DNA of 64,000 nucleotides from Alphaproteobacteria bacterium (GTDB lineage Bacteria; Pseudomonadota; Alphaproteobacteria; UBA828): NCBI GenBank assembly GCA_965221125.1, contig CBDCRW010000004.1, positions 1,056,776 to 1,120,775 of the forward strand, read 5' to 3'. Shown piece by piece: positions 18,870 to 28,219 of this stretch (position 1 is its first letter; each line of letters starts with the position of its first letter). The notes under the pieces were generated by a model. It saw only the letters and a program-made list of their open reading frames with translations, ran no database searches and was not told where the DNA came from. The position numbers and the translations under genes were made by a program.

Positions 18870-20941
18870 GCACTGCCTATCAGAAGGTGAGCGCGAACCA
18901 CCTGAGCCGCGATGCTTACCTGTACGTGCGTCAGTCCACCGTGCGCCAGGTGTTCGAACATGGCGAGAGCACGCGCCGCCAGTACGCGCTGCGCGAGCGG
19001 GCCGTGGCCCTGGGCTGGCCGACCGAGAACGTCGTCGTGATCGATTGCGATCAGGGCCTGTCCGGCGCCGACAAGGACCGCGAAGGCTTCCAGCGTCTGG
19101 TCGCCGACGTCAGCTTGGGCCGGGCCGGGATCGTGCTCGGGCTCGAGGTGTCAAGGCTCGCGCGCAATTCCACCGAGTGGCATCGGCTGGTCGAGATCTG
19201 TGACCTGAGCGAGACGCTGATCCTCGACGAGGACGGCCTCTACAATCCAGGAGACTTCAACGACAGGCTCCTGCTCGGGCTCAAAGGGACCATGTCGGAA
19301 GCGGAGCTGCACATGATGCGCGCCCGGCTGCGCGGTGGGACGCTGAACGCGGCCAAGCGTGGGGAGTTGAAGTTGCCGCTGCCGGTGGGACTGGTCTATG
19401 ACCCGCTCGGCAACGTGGTGCTCGACCCCGACGAACAAGTGCAGCATAGCCTGCGCCTGTTCTTCGATACCTTCACCCGGCTCGGCTCGGCTAATGCCAC
19501 GGTCAAGTATTTCAGGGCCGAGAACCTGCTTTTCCCCTACCGTCCTCTCCACGGGCCGCACAAGGGCGAGCTGCATTGGAAGCCGCTGAGGTTCGCGCGG
19601 GCACTGCGAGTGCTGCGCAATCCGCGATACGCCGGCGCTTACGCGTACGGGCGCAGCCGCAGCCGGCGGCGTCCCGGCGGCGGTGTCGAGACCCAACGTC
19701 TGCCACGTGAGGAATGGATGGTGGAGCTGCGCGATGCGCACCCGGGCTACATCACCTGGGAGCGGTTCGAACAGAACGAGAGCCAGCTTCGCGACAACAA
19801 TGCTGCCCGAGCGCGCGGCGCGGAGCGCCGCCCTCCCCCACGCGAGGGGCCGGCACTGCTGCAGGGACTGGCTGTCTGCGGCGTGTGCGGCCGGAGCATG
19901 GGGGTGCGCTACTACAAGCAAAAATCAAAGGAGCTGCACCCCTACTACCTGTGCAGCCATGAAGGTGCGCAGACGGCGAGCGCCTGGTGTCAGAGCATCC
20001 CCGGCGCTGCCATCGACCGCGCGGTCGGCGAGTTGCTGGTGGAGCTGATGACGCCGTTGACGCTGGAGGTGGCGTTGCAGGTGCAGGACGAACTCACCGC
20101 GCGCGCCGAGGAGGCCGATCTGTGGCGCGCTCAGCGAGTGCAGCGCGCCCGCGAGGAAGCGGACCTGGCGCGGCAGAGGTTCATGCAGACCCATCCCGAC
20201 AACCGGATAGTAGCCGACGTGCTGGAGGCGGAGTGGAACGCGAAGCTTCGGACGCTGGACGAGGCGCAGCGAGAGCTCGAGCGCAGCCGCGCGGATCCGG
20301 GCCAGGGGTTGGACGAAGGGCAACGCAAGCGAATCCTCGCGCTGGCCAGCGACTTCCCCCGCCTGTGGAACGATCCTGCGACGCCGCACCGCGAGCGCAA
20401 GCGGATGGCGCGGCTGCTGATCGAGGACGTGACGCTGACCAGGGCCACGCGGAGCCTGGGGGTGCGTCTGCGCGGCGGCGCGACCCGCCAGCTCACCTGG
20501 GCGCCGGATCCTCTCGGATGTGAGACCTTCAAGACCAAGGCCGAGATCGTCGCCGAGGTCGACAGCCTGTTGAACGACCACAACTATGGCGAGATCGCCA
20601 AAATCCTCAACGAGCGCGGATACCGAAGCGGTTACGGCCACGCCTTTACCCCGAAGTTGGTGGGGGTGCTGCGAGCGAACTACGCTCTCAAGCCACGCTA
20701 TGAACGGCTGCGCGATCGCGGGCTGTTGACGGTCAACGAGGCCGCCGAGCGCCTCGCGGTCTCCGTCGGCACAGTCAACCAATGGCGCAAGGCCGGGCTC
20801 TTGCGCGGACACGCCTACACCGGCGGATCCGACTACTTGTACGAGATTCCCGACCCTCCGCCGACCAAACAACCGGGGCGAAAGCTGTCTCTGCGCAAAC
20901 CGAGCTGCAACCTTGCCCCCACAGGAATAGATGAGGTGTAG
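18866..20941 (+). CDS. Large serine recombinase (resolvase + recombinase + Zn ribbon + coiled coil + C-terminal HTH)
   Basis: YVRQST catalytic Ser, SRLARN, NPRYAG and CGVCG...YYLC...WC; GGAGAG RBS. Confidence 0.95.
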   Translation: MSTAYQKVSANHLSRDAYLYVRQSTVRQVFEHGESTRRQYALRERAVALGWPTENVVVIDCDQGLSGADKDREGFQRLVADVSLGRAGIVLGLEVSRLARNSTEWHRLVEICDLSETLILDEDGLYNPGDFNDRLLLGLKGTMSEAELHMMRARLRGGTLNAAKRGELKLPLPVGLVYDPLGNVVLDPDEQVQHSLRLFFDTFTRLGSANATVKYFRAENLLFPYRPLHGPHKGELHWKPLRFARALRVLRNPRYAGAYAYGRSRSRRRPGGGVETQRLPREEWMVELRDAHPGYITWERFEQNESQLRDNNAARARGAERRPPPREGPALLQGLAVCGVCGRSMGVRYYKQKSKELHPYYLCSHEGAQTASAWCQSIPGAAIDRAVGELLVELMTPLTLEVALQVQDELTARAEEADLWRAQRVQRAREEADLARQRFMQTHPDNRIVADVLEAEWNAKLRTLDEAQRELERSRADPGQGLDEGQRKRILALASDFPRLWNDPATPHRERKRMARLLIEDVTLTRATRSLGVRLRGGATRQLTWAPDPLGCETFKTKAEIVAEVDSLLNDHNYGEIAKILNERGYRSGYGHAFTPKLVGVLRANYALKPRYERLRDRGLLTVNEAAERLAVSVGTVNQWRKAGLLRGHAYTGGSDYLYEIPDPPPTKQPGRKLSLRKPSCNLAPTGIDEV

Positions 20942-21442
20942 TATGAAGCGTACTCTCGAGGTTGCGCGAGACCTCGTGCCTGAACGTTGCGGCCACCATC
21001 TTCTGGCCGCCCGTGTGAACGAGCAGCCCGCTCTCGGGATCCCTGATGCGGGTCTGGATCGTCGAGGCCTCCAGCCAGGCGAGCGTGCGCCGCACCGCGG
21101 CGTCGTGGGCCGCCGCGACGGCCGCGTCGCCGCCCAGCATGGCCACGATGGAGACGGACTTGGGCGCCGAGAAGGTGAGGTCCCGCCCTGGGCGGTGCGT
21201 GACGCTCCCGTCCCTTTCTCGGCGCCCGAGCCGGCGCCCCGTGCCGTCGGGCACCGTGCCCTCCATGACGTCCTGGAACACGCCGGGCTCGACGGGGCCG
21301 CGAAGCTCCAGCGCCTCGGCGCCCCGGCCCGCCCAGGCGCTGGCGTCGAGGTGCCGGGAATCGCCCTTCGCGTAGTATCCGTCCCGCTCGAAGTACGACA
21401 CGCCCTGGGCGGCGGAGGCGATCGCGCCGATGGAGACGACCA

Positions 21443-23647
21443 TCACTGCCAGTCCAGCGTCTCGTCATCGGACCGGCCGCCGGCCGCACCGCCCCGGGCG
21501 TCCGTCCCGCCTGCCGCTTCAGCCGTTAGTTCTCCGGACGGGTCCGCCGTCGAGCCGGCCGTCGGCCCGTATCCTTCGAAGAGCCATTCCGGCTCGCCGT
21601 CCAAGTCGTTGGCCGGGGCCGGCAGGGGCTCTCCGCCGCCTGCCCACTCCAGCGCGCTCAGATCGGCTGCCCGGTCGACGTCTTCCTGCCCGCCGAACGC
21701 AACTGCGGCGCTATCGGCGGCCGGCGGTCTTCCCGCTCCGCCGGTCCGCTCCCTCGGCATGGCCGTCTTCGCCGCCGGCGTTTCTTCGCCCGGGACGTCC
21801 GGCGCCGCCGGCGAATCGGTCCGCCGGTCGACCGCCGCCGGGACCGCCCTGTCGCCGGCATCGTTCGCCGCCCGGGCCTGCGGCCCGGCACCGCCCGTCA
21901 CCGGCTCCGCCTTCGGCATGAACCGGCCGGCCTTCACAGGCCGCTTCCTGTACTTGAGCCTGATCCTGGCGATCGGCCAGCGTCCGGGGAACTTGAGGTA
22001 TCCCGACAGCTTCTCCAGACGGGTCACGTCGGAGGGCAGCACCAGGGAGCGCTGGTCGCGCCGCGTGCTGAGCGTCACACCGTCCCTGGGCGTGTCGTAG
22101 CTGACGCCCTCCGACAGCGACTCGACCTCTTCCCGCCCCAGGCTCTCCGCGGACCACTCGGACGTGTCCTTGTCGGTCGCTGCGAGAACCACGCGGGTGC
22201 CGCAGAGGCCCGAAATCGTCTCCGCCCCGTCGCGCCCGTAGAGGTCCCGCAAGGCTGAGAACACTTGAACGCCCAGCACGAAGCAGCCACCGAACTGACG
22301 ACTCTCCGCAAGGCCAGGACGGAGGGAAGGAAGCTGGTACAGCGTCGGAAGCTCGTCCAGGATCACCCAGATGCGGCGCCCTTCGTCGCCTGGTAGCGAA
22401 AGCAGCGCGTTCACCGCGATCTCCAACCAGGTGGAGATCAGGCCCCGCAGGCTCGCGTGCTGGTCGCCCCTCGACGTTAGGAACAGGAAGCCGCCGCCTT
22501 CCTCGCTCTCGATCCACTCACGGATGGAGAACGGTTCGCCCTCGTCGGAGAGCAGGTCCATGGCGCCGATGTTGGCGGTGAGCATGGCGCGCACCGAGAG
22601 CGCGGTCTTCGGGTTGGCGGGATCCACGATGGACTGCGCCACGGTGCCCTCCATGGCCTCCGCGAGCTCGTTGAGCTCGGTCTTCAGCAGAAGGTTCACC
22701 AGCACCCGGTTCCGGGTCTCGCCGCGCTGCCAGAGCACTGCGGCGCCGCGTGAGAAGAGCTGGCGTGCGGCGGTAATCCAGAAGGGATCGGCCGCATCCT
22801 TCTGGCGGGGGATGAGCGCGTCCGCCATGGTATCGAAATCCCGTGCGGTGCGGGCTTCGAGGAAGGGCGACCAGCGGGGTGCGCGCCTGTCGAGAGGGTT
22901 GAGCAGCACGTCGCGTGTCTCGTCGAAGAAGGTCTCCGTGTAGGAACCCATCTTGTCGTAGACGATGCAGCGCTCGCCCCTCTTCCTGATCTGCTCGACG
23001 AGGTCGGAGATGAGCACGGTCTTTCCCGAGCCTGTGGTACCGGAGACGATCGTGTGCTGCGTCTCCGCTTCCCCGGGCCAGGGGATGCCGGCGATCGAAT
23101 AGGGCCTGGCTTCGGGCGGCCTGAACCGAAGCAGGGCACGGTGCCGCAGTGGCATCGCACGCCGCCTGAGCGCATTCGCGCTCACCAGCTCGCCGCCGCG
23201 CAGGCGGCGCCCCCTTCGAAGCCCGCCGCCCAACGCGCGGAGCCCGAGAAGAACGGCCGTGACCAGGCCAGCGGCAATGCCGGTGCCGAGCAGGGCGGCG
23301 TACAGCACATCGCCGATTATCCGATCGCGCAGTTCATGGAAGGGCTCGAACCCGGAGATGTCCCCGATGGTGGTGACGTAGACCTCGCCCTCTTCGGTGC
23401 GCACCTTCTTGGTCTTGTCCGGCTTGTAGCCGGCGGCGAGAAGGAACTCGGAGAGCGCGAACACGCCCATGAGGTGCCACTCGTATGAGGAGGCTGCGTT
23501 CCATGTCTTCCAGGTCCCGGCGGCAAGGCCTGCGAGAAAGGCGATGACGACGACGAGGCTGGTGATGCGGTTCCAGGTACGCACGCTGCGGGCTGCGACC
23601 CGGAGGCCGCGCCCTGTGTCTCCGCCGGCGCCGGTCATGGCGCGCAC
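21443..23647 (-). CDS. trwB: Type IV coupling protein, TrwB/TraD type
   Basis: Two N-terminal TMs, Walker A SGTTGSGKT, IVYDKMG, DPFW, WVILDELPTL and ESRQFGG; stop overlaps the relaxase start. Confidence 0.92.
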   Translation of the reverse strand: MRAMTGAGGDTGRGLRVAARSVRTWNRITSLVVVIAFLAGLAAGTWKTWNAASSYEWHLMGVFALSEFLLAAGYKPDKTKKVRTEEGEVYVTTIGDISGFEPFHELRDRIIGDVLYAALLGTGIAAGLVTAVLLGLRALGGGLRRGRRLRGGELVSANALRRRAMPLRHRALLRFRPPEARPYSIAGIPWPGEAETQHTIVSGTTGSGKTVLISDLVEQIRKRGERCIVYDKMGSYTETFFDETRDVLLNPLDRRAPRWSPFLEARTARDFDTMADALIPRQKDAADPFWITAARQLFSRGAAVLWQRGETRNRVLVNLLLKTELNELAEAMEGTVAQSIVDPANPKTALSVRAMLTANIGAMDLLSDEGEPFSIREWIESEEGGGFLFLTSRGDQHASLRGLISTWLEIAVNALLSLPGDEGRRIWVILDELPTLYQLPSLRPGLAESRQFGGCFVLGVQVFSALRDLYGRDGAETISGLCGTRVVLAATDKDTSEWSAESLGREEVESLSEGVSYDTPRDGVTLSTRRDQRSLVLPSDVTRLEKLSGYLKFPGRWPIARIRLKYRKRPVKAGRFMPKAEPVTGGAGPQARAANDAGDRAVPAAVDRRTDSPAAPDVPGEETPAAKTAMPRERTGGAGRPPAADSAAVAFGGQEDVDRAADLSALEWAGGGEPLPAPANDLDGEPEWLFEGYGPTAGSTADPSGELTAEAAGGTDARGGAAGGRSDDETLDWQ

Positions 23648-24303
23648 TCCCCGCCGGCGGATGCGTTGGCAGGGGTACGGGCACCGCCCCCTTCATTGAC
23701 GCCGCCGGCGTGGAGTTCGTGGAACCGTGCGAGCCAGCGCTCCGCTGCCGCCTCGGGCGCCAGGGGCCGAATGGTGCGGCGCAGCGGCGGGAAGGGGAAG
23801 CCCCCGCTGCCCACGCCGAGGTCGCGCCTCTCTGCGGCGTCGGTCATGCGGTCGACGAAGCGCAGCACCTCAGTCCAGTCTTCCGGCAGTTCCGGATCGA
23901 GACCCGCTGCCTCCCGCACGGCCCTGTCGATGGCCTTGCCGTGGGTCCTGGCGCGCGCCGCCGCCCGGGCCGATGCGGGGTGTTCTCCCTCCCCGTCGCC
24001 GAACCAGGCGGCGCGCGCAGGCATGAGCAGCGCATGGAGCGCGAGCGCGCGGCGGTCTTCGTCCGCGACGCCGTCCAGCGCCTCGATCTCCTCCGAGGCG
24101 GTGAGCGCGTGCTGGGCGAGCGAGTAGAAGCGCCGCGTGCGCCCGCCCCAGCGGCAGGTGTTGGCCAGAACATGGGCAATCGCCTCGAAGTCCACGGCGA
24201 TGCTTTCGCCCTGCTCCGGATCCCCGGGCCAGCGAGGGGGCGGCGTGAGCTTCGCTTGTGCGCGCCTGCGACGGCTCTTGACGGCAGATTCCTGCTCGGT
24301 CAT
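23635..24303 (-). CDS. HD-superfamily (YfbR-like) protein with degenerate HD motif
   Basis: IAHVLANTCRWGGRTRRFYSLAQH and ERRDL motifs; the expected LLHDAxEAY reads LLMPARAAW. Confidence 0.75.
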   Translation of the reverse strand: MTEQESAVKSRRRRAQAKLTPPPRWPGDPEQGESIAVDFEAIAHVLANTCRWGGRTRRFYSLAQHALTASEEIEALDGVADEDRRALALHALLMPARAAWFGDGEGEHPASARAAARARTHGKAIDRAVREAAGLDPELPEDWTEVLRFVDRMTDAAERRDLGVGSGGFPFPPLRRTIRPLAPEAAAERWLARFHELHAGGVNEGGGARTPANASAGGECAP

Positions 24304-24686
24304 CGTGTCTGTCCTCGTGATGTCATGTTGAGTTGTGTCGTTACGTGTCGGGGGCGCCATCAAGGGGCGGCCCCCGGCATCGTCTTGTTCGCGGCAGCTG
24401 CGGCCCCCAAAGAGGCACAGGCCACCCGGTCCTGCCGAGTATCGTCATGGCTCTCGAACCGGTCGCGGCGAGCGACGCTGGGTCCGGCTTCGGCGCGACC
24501 GCCGCTTGACTGTCGTCGTCCGCTCGGCGATGATTGTCACCGTTACCTTTAGAGACTTCTTCATGTGCATCTCCCTCTACCGGGGGCCGCCCGCCAACAG
24601 CGGTCCCCGGCGTCGTTGCAGCGGCGACAAGGCCACCCGCACTGTCGGCCATGCGGCGCGCATCGCGTGCACCACGTCCCACCGCC

Positions 24687-27002
24687 CTATCCCCCGCTTC
24701 CGCTGCGCAGCCGTCCCGTGAGGCGGCCGCTGCCGGCACGCGCGATGCCGCCGGTGACGGCGCCCGCAAGACGGCCCGCGCCGTCGTCCGTGCCTCCGGA
24801 GCGCCCGCCGATCCACTCCATGACCGCCGAAGGCAGCAGGTCGATCAGCTTGAAGGCGCCGTTCATCAGCGCGTAGCAGAGCATCACGTAGAGGGTCAGC
24901 ATCGCGAGGAAGCCGATCGGCCCGAGACCGTCCGAGGCGCCGGCGTCCCTGAGCTGCGGCAGCCAGATGGCGTTCAGCAGGCCGACGGCGGCGAGGAACA
25001 CGAAGTAGCCGAGGATGAGGCCGAACAGCATGAGCGGCGGGCGCAGGATCAGCCCCGGCAGGAACAGCCACCCCTGCCGTGTCGCCGCAACCATGAGTCC
25101 CCGGTCCTGGCCGCGCGTGACGTGGGCGGCGGCGAACACGGTGACGGCGAGCACCGCCTCCACCACGTTCACCAGCCAGCCGAAGACGCCGAAGAGGAAG
25201 CGGATGAAGGGCAGCGCGGGAAGCACGAACGCGAGCACCGCGCCCGCGATCAGCATGAGTCCGAGGATGGTGGAGACGAATCCGTCGGTAACGCGCCAGA
25301 CGGACTCGAAGGCATCGAGACCCTTGCCGAAGAAGGGGATGGATTCCAGGAGACCCGAACCCACGGCGACGCCGGAGATGGCGCCGATGGCCCCCAGGGC
25401 GGAGGCGATCAGGTCGTGCCCAAGACCCGCGAGATCGGCGATGGGATTGCCGCTGTCGGCGATCACCACTGCATCGAGGTCGATGAACTCGAAAAGGCCG
25501 GCGACCAACCCGCCATCGCCGCTCCCTGCAGCGGGCAGTGTGCCCGTCACGCCTGCCCCTGCGGCAAAGAACACGGGTTGCCAGGTGCGCGAGGAGGCGA
25601 GTGCGGCGAGCAGGCCCTTCACCGCCGCGGCCGCGGGCGGCGACCACTCCTCGAGGCTCGGCAGGGGCAGCGCCGCGTCGGGGACGTTGTGGGCCGCGGC
25701 CTGGAAGAGGCCGGTGCGGGACGCGATGGTGTTGAAGAAGCCGGCGGCGGCGAGCCACGACGAGCCTGCAGCGTCCTCGGCGACGGCACGCTCCAGGGCG
25801 AGGCGCTCCTCGGAGGCGGCGCGGCTCAACGCATCGTCAAGGACGGACTCATAGGACAGCGCGAGGCCCCGCGCATTCATGGCGGCCTCGACGTCCGGCA
25901 GCGGCTGGCCGTGCATGGGCGAGCCCGGCAGGTAGCGGTCTCCCAGCTCGGCGGCCAGACCGCGAATGGCGGGGAACAGGCCCTCCATGGCCCTGCGGTG
26001 GCCGTGCGCCGCGATCCCCCTGGAGCCCTCGCCGTCAAGGCCGTCGAAGCGCACCGCGCCGCAGAGGTCGCGGGGCATGCCGCGCCCGTCGCCGTCGTAG
26101 CGCAGCAGCAGCGCGCCGTCCGCCCGCTCCTCGTCCACCTCTATGTAAGGGTCGTCGCCGATGCGGCGCGCATTGGCGTTGGCGACATGCGTGCAAGTCT
26201 CGGCGAGCAGCACCCGCGATATGGCGGAGCGCCAGGCTGCGGCCTTGGGTCTGGGCGCGATGGGATCGCCCCTGCCCAGCGCCTGCTCGGAGAAGGGGGT
26301 CCATACGGCGCCCGCGAAGTCGCCGCCGAGGGTCGCCAGGCCGACCACGGCGTGCTGCGCGCCGTTCATGCCGCCCGGCAGCGGGGCCATGAGGGCCACC
26401 GCCGCCACGATGCGCACGATCTCCCAGGCCCCGAACCCCCAGCGGCCCGTGCGGGCGGTGTCGACGGTCCCTGCCACGGTGTGCCAGAGCAGGAGGAAGC
26501 CGGCCAGCACCAGCACGCCGCCGTTGAAGACAAAGAGCATATCGCCGAGCACGGCGTGGCGAGCCACGTCCATGTCGCTCAGGAAGGAGAGCAGGTCGCG
26601 GGTGGCGTTGTCCGCAGTCGCGAATATGTCCGGATCGATGGTCTGGGCGTCCGCAGTACCGGAGACCAGGCCGGAAGCGCCGAGGGACACGAAGGCGAGG
26701 CCGGAAGCCGAAAGTGCGGCGCCCAGAACAGCGCGCAGGCGCCGTTCCCGCTCCATAAGACGCTTCCAGCGCCAGCCACCGCCAACCGCAGGGGAACGCC
26801 CCGGTCCAGGGGAACGCCCCGGTCCAGGGGAACGCCCCGGTCCAGGGGAACGCCCCGGTCCAGGGGAACGCCCCGGTCCAGGGGAACTCCCATCCGAGAG
26901 TGCGCGCACGCTATGCCCCAGGCGCCGGCCCGCCTGGCGCATGTCGGCCAGGCAGCGACCGAGCTCGGGCGCGAAGAGGAAGCGCAGGAGACGCATGCTC
27001 AT
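24687..27002 (-). CDS. dotA: DotA/TraY family inner-membrane T4BSS protein
   Basis: FNGGVL...GTVDTARTG, W..VRIV...LMAP, WLAAAGFF, LPALPFI and LRPPLMLFG. ATGA coupling at 27002; an internal start near 26756 is possible. Confidence 0.88.
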   Translation of the reverse strand: MSMRLLRFLFAPELGRCLADMRQAGRRLGHSVRALSDGSSPGPGRSPGPGRSPGPGRSPGPGRSPGPGRSPAVGGGWRWKRLMERERRLRAVLGAALSASGLAFVSLGASGLVSGTADAQTIDPDIFATADNATRDLLSFLSDMDVARHAVLGDMLFVFNGGVLVLAGFLLLWHTVAGTVDTARTGRWGFGAWEIVRIVAAVALMAPLPGGMNGAQHAVVGLATLGGDFAGAVWTPFSEQALGRGDPIAPRPKAAAWRSAISRVLLAETCTHVANANARRIGDDPYIEVDEERADGALLLRYDGDGRGMPRDLCGAVRFDGLDGEGSRGIAAHGHRRAMEGLFPAIRGLAAELGDRYLPGSPMHGQPLPDVEAAMNARGLALSYESVLDDALSRAASEERLALERAVAEDAAGSSWLAAAGFFNTIASRTGLFQAAAHNVPDAALPLPSLEEWSPPAAAAVKGLLAALASSRTWQPVFFAAGAGVTGTLPAAGSGDGGLVAGLFEFIDLDAVVIADSGNPIADLAGLGHDLIASALGAIGAISGVAVGSGLLESIPFFGKGLDAFESVWRVTDGFVSTILGLMLIAGAVLAFVLPALPFIRFLFGVFGWLVNVVEAVLAVTVFAAAHVTRGQDRGLMVAATRQGWLFLPGLILRPPLMLFGLILGYFVFLAAVGLLNAIWLPQLRDAGASDGLGPIGFLAMLTLYVMLCYALMNGAFKLIDLLPSAVMEWIGGRSGGTDDGAGRLAGAVTGGIARAGSGRLTGRLRSGSGG
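26789..26891. repeat. 18-bp family A array (CAGGGGAACGCCCCGGTC x5 plus partial) in the 5' region of dotA
   Basis: Perfect tandem units; read as GRSPGP. Confidence 0.97.
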
Positions 27003-28219
27003 CGGGGCGCGGCGCCCGGATCGGTGAGGCCCGGCAGGCGGCGCATCTCTTCCACCCCGAGAGCGAGCCGCGCCGCCTCCATGGCGCCCCGGCGCTCGTC
27101 CAGCCGGAAGCGCTCCCAGTCGAGCATGAGGGAGATGGAGGTCAGCATCGCCAGTTCGCGCAGCAGGTTGTCCGCGGACATTTCCTGCAACGCCACGAAC
27201 CGGGCGGGATCCTCGAAGCGGCGGCTCGCCAGCAGCTCCATGAGCTCATAGCGGCTGATCGGCTTGCCCGTGTCGCGCCCGCGTCCGCCGGACACGGCGT
27301 CGGCCCAGGCGCCGAGTTCGGCCCCAGGAGTGCGCAGGCTGCGGGCATGTCCGAACCAGTCGGCGGCAAGCGCCGTGCGTGCATCGGCCGCACGCGCGAG
27401 CAGCACCAGCCTGCGCTCCCGGTCGGTCTCGGCTGACGCCAGCGGCAAGGGGTCGTGCACCACCGGCGCCGCCAGGTTGCGGGAGAGTTCGACGGCCGCA
27501 TGGAGTTCCGCCTGGCTGCCGAAGGTGCGGCGGTCGAGGAGGATTCCAGGTCTGAGATCGACGCCGTGCCAGGCGTCCTCGCCCCGGCAGGTCTCGTCGC
27601 CGGCGCGGCCGGGGCTGCAGTAGACGCCGATCACGGTATCGAACCGCGCCGCACCGTCGGCAGCGCTGCCGGCTTCCGCCACCACAGCGCGGTCGCTCGC
27701 GATGCGTCCGGCCTCGACCTCGCCCGCGGAAGCACGGTGGGCATCGGCGGCGCGCCGGGCCGCCCCGAGACCGGTGACGCCGGTGACCGTCGAGCACGCG
27801 CTCCGGCTCGGCCGGTGCGCGTTCATGCTCCGCGTCTCCTCGACCTCGCGGGCGGTCTGGGCCTGGAGGCGGGTCTGGGCATCGAGCGCCTGGGTCAGCG
27901 CCTTGGTGCTCTGCGCGGTGTAGCCCGCGAGCTGGCCGGTCTGGAGCCGCAAGGCCTCGATGATGGCCCGCTCCATGGCGTCGATCTCGCCCGTCAGCAC
28001 CCGGATGGCCCGGCTGGCCTCTGCGCGGTCGTTGTCAGTGCGGTCGCAGCGAAGCGCCTCGGCGGGCGACGCCGCCAGGATCGCGATCGCTGCCACCGCC
28101 GCGGCACACGCGCCGCGGAAAATCCGCACCATGCCGGCGCGCTCCGTCGCGGCGGCAAGCGGCCGGGCGCCTCTTCCGCCGGCGGTGCTTGACTTGCTCA
28201 TCATCGCCTCGGTGCTCAT
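26999..28219 (-). CDS. Exported T4BSS protein (IcmX/TraW-like by position)
   Basis: Signal peptide, Cys pairs and a helical C-terminus (ADNLLRELAML); directly upstream of dotA. Confidence 0.5.
   Translation of the reverse strand: MSTEAMMSKSSTAGGRGARPLAAATERAGMVRIFRGACAAAVAAIAILAASPAEALRCDRTDNDRAEASRAIRVLTGEIDAMERAIIEALRLQTGQLAGYTAQSTKALTQALDAQTRLQAQTAREVEETRSMNAHRPSRSACSTVTGVTGLGAARRAADAHRASAGEVEAGRIASDRAVVAEAGSAADGAARFDTVIGVYCSPGRAGDETCRGEDAWHGVDLRPGILLDRRTFGSQAELHAAVELSRNLAAPVVHDPLPLASAETDRERRLVLLARAADARTALAADWFGHARSLRTPGAELGAWADAVSGGRGRDTGKPISRYELMELLASRRFEDPARFVALQEMSADNLLRELAMLTSISLMLDWERFRLDERRGAMEAARLALGVEEMRRLPGLTDPGAAPR

Larger units (their letters stand above)
17568..20958 (+). mobile_element. 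3,391-bp serine-recombinase element inserted in the relaxase
   Basis: TCG core at both junctions (17565-17567, 20956-20958); imperfect inverted repeats at 17575-17588 and 20936-20949; four co-oriented ORFs ending in a large serine recombinase. Confidence 0.92.
15065..21443 (-). pseudogene. trwC: MOB_F relaxase-helicase (TrwC/TraI-type), interrupted at 17568-20958
   Basis: The N part has YFERDGYY, DLTFSAPKSVS and FRHEVSRNL. The C part resumes DPQLHTHAVVAN and has helicase motifs GYAGTGKT, VDEGS, VGDEKQ and FQGRT. Removing the insert gives an open 995-aa ORF. Confidence 0.93.

Noticed and set aside
18866-20941. Serine recombinase as the integrase of the whole ICE
   Set aside because: Its att-like junctions bound only 3.4 kb and interrupt the ICE's own relaxase.
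24341-24769. 142-aa ORF between dotA and the HD gene
   Set aside because: Low complexity, no family signal and no clear RBS; it cannot be supported as a gene.
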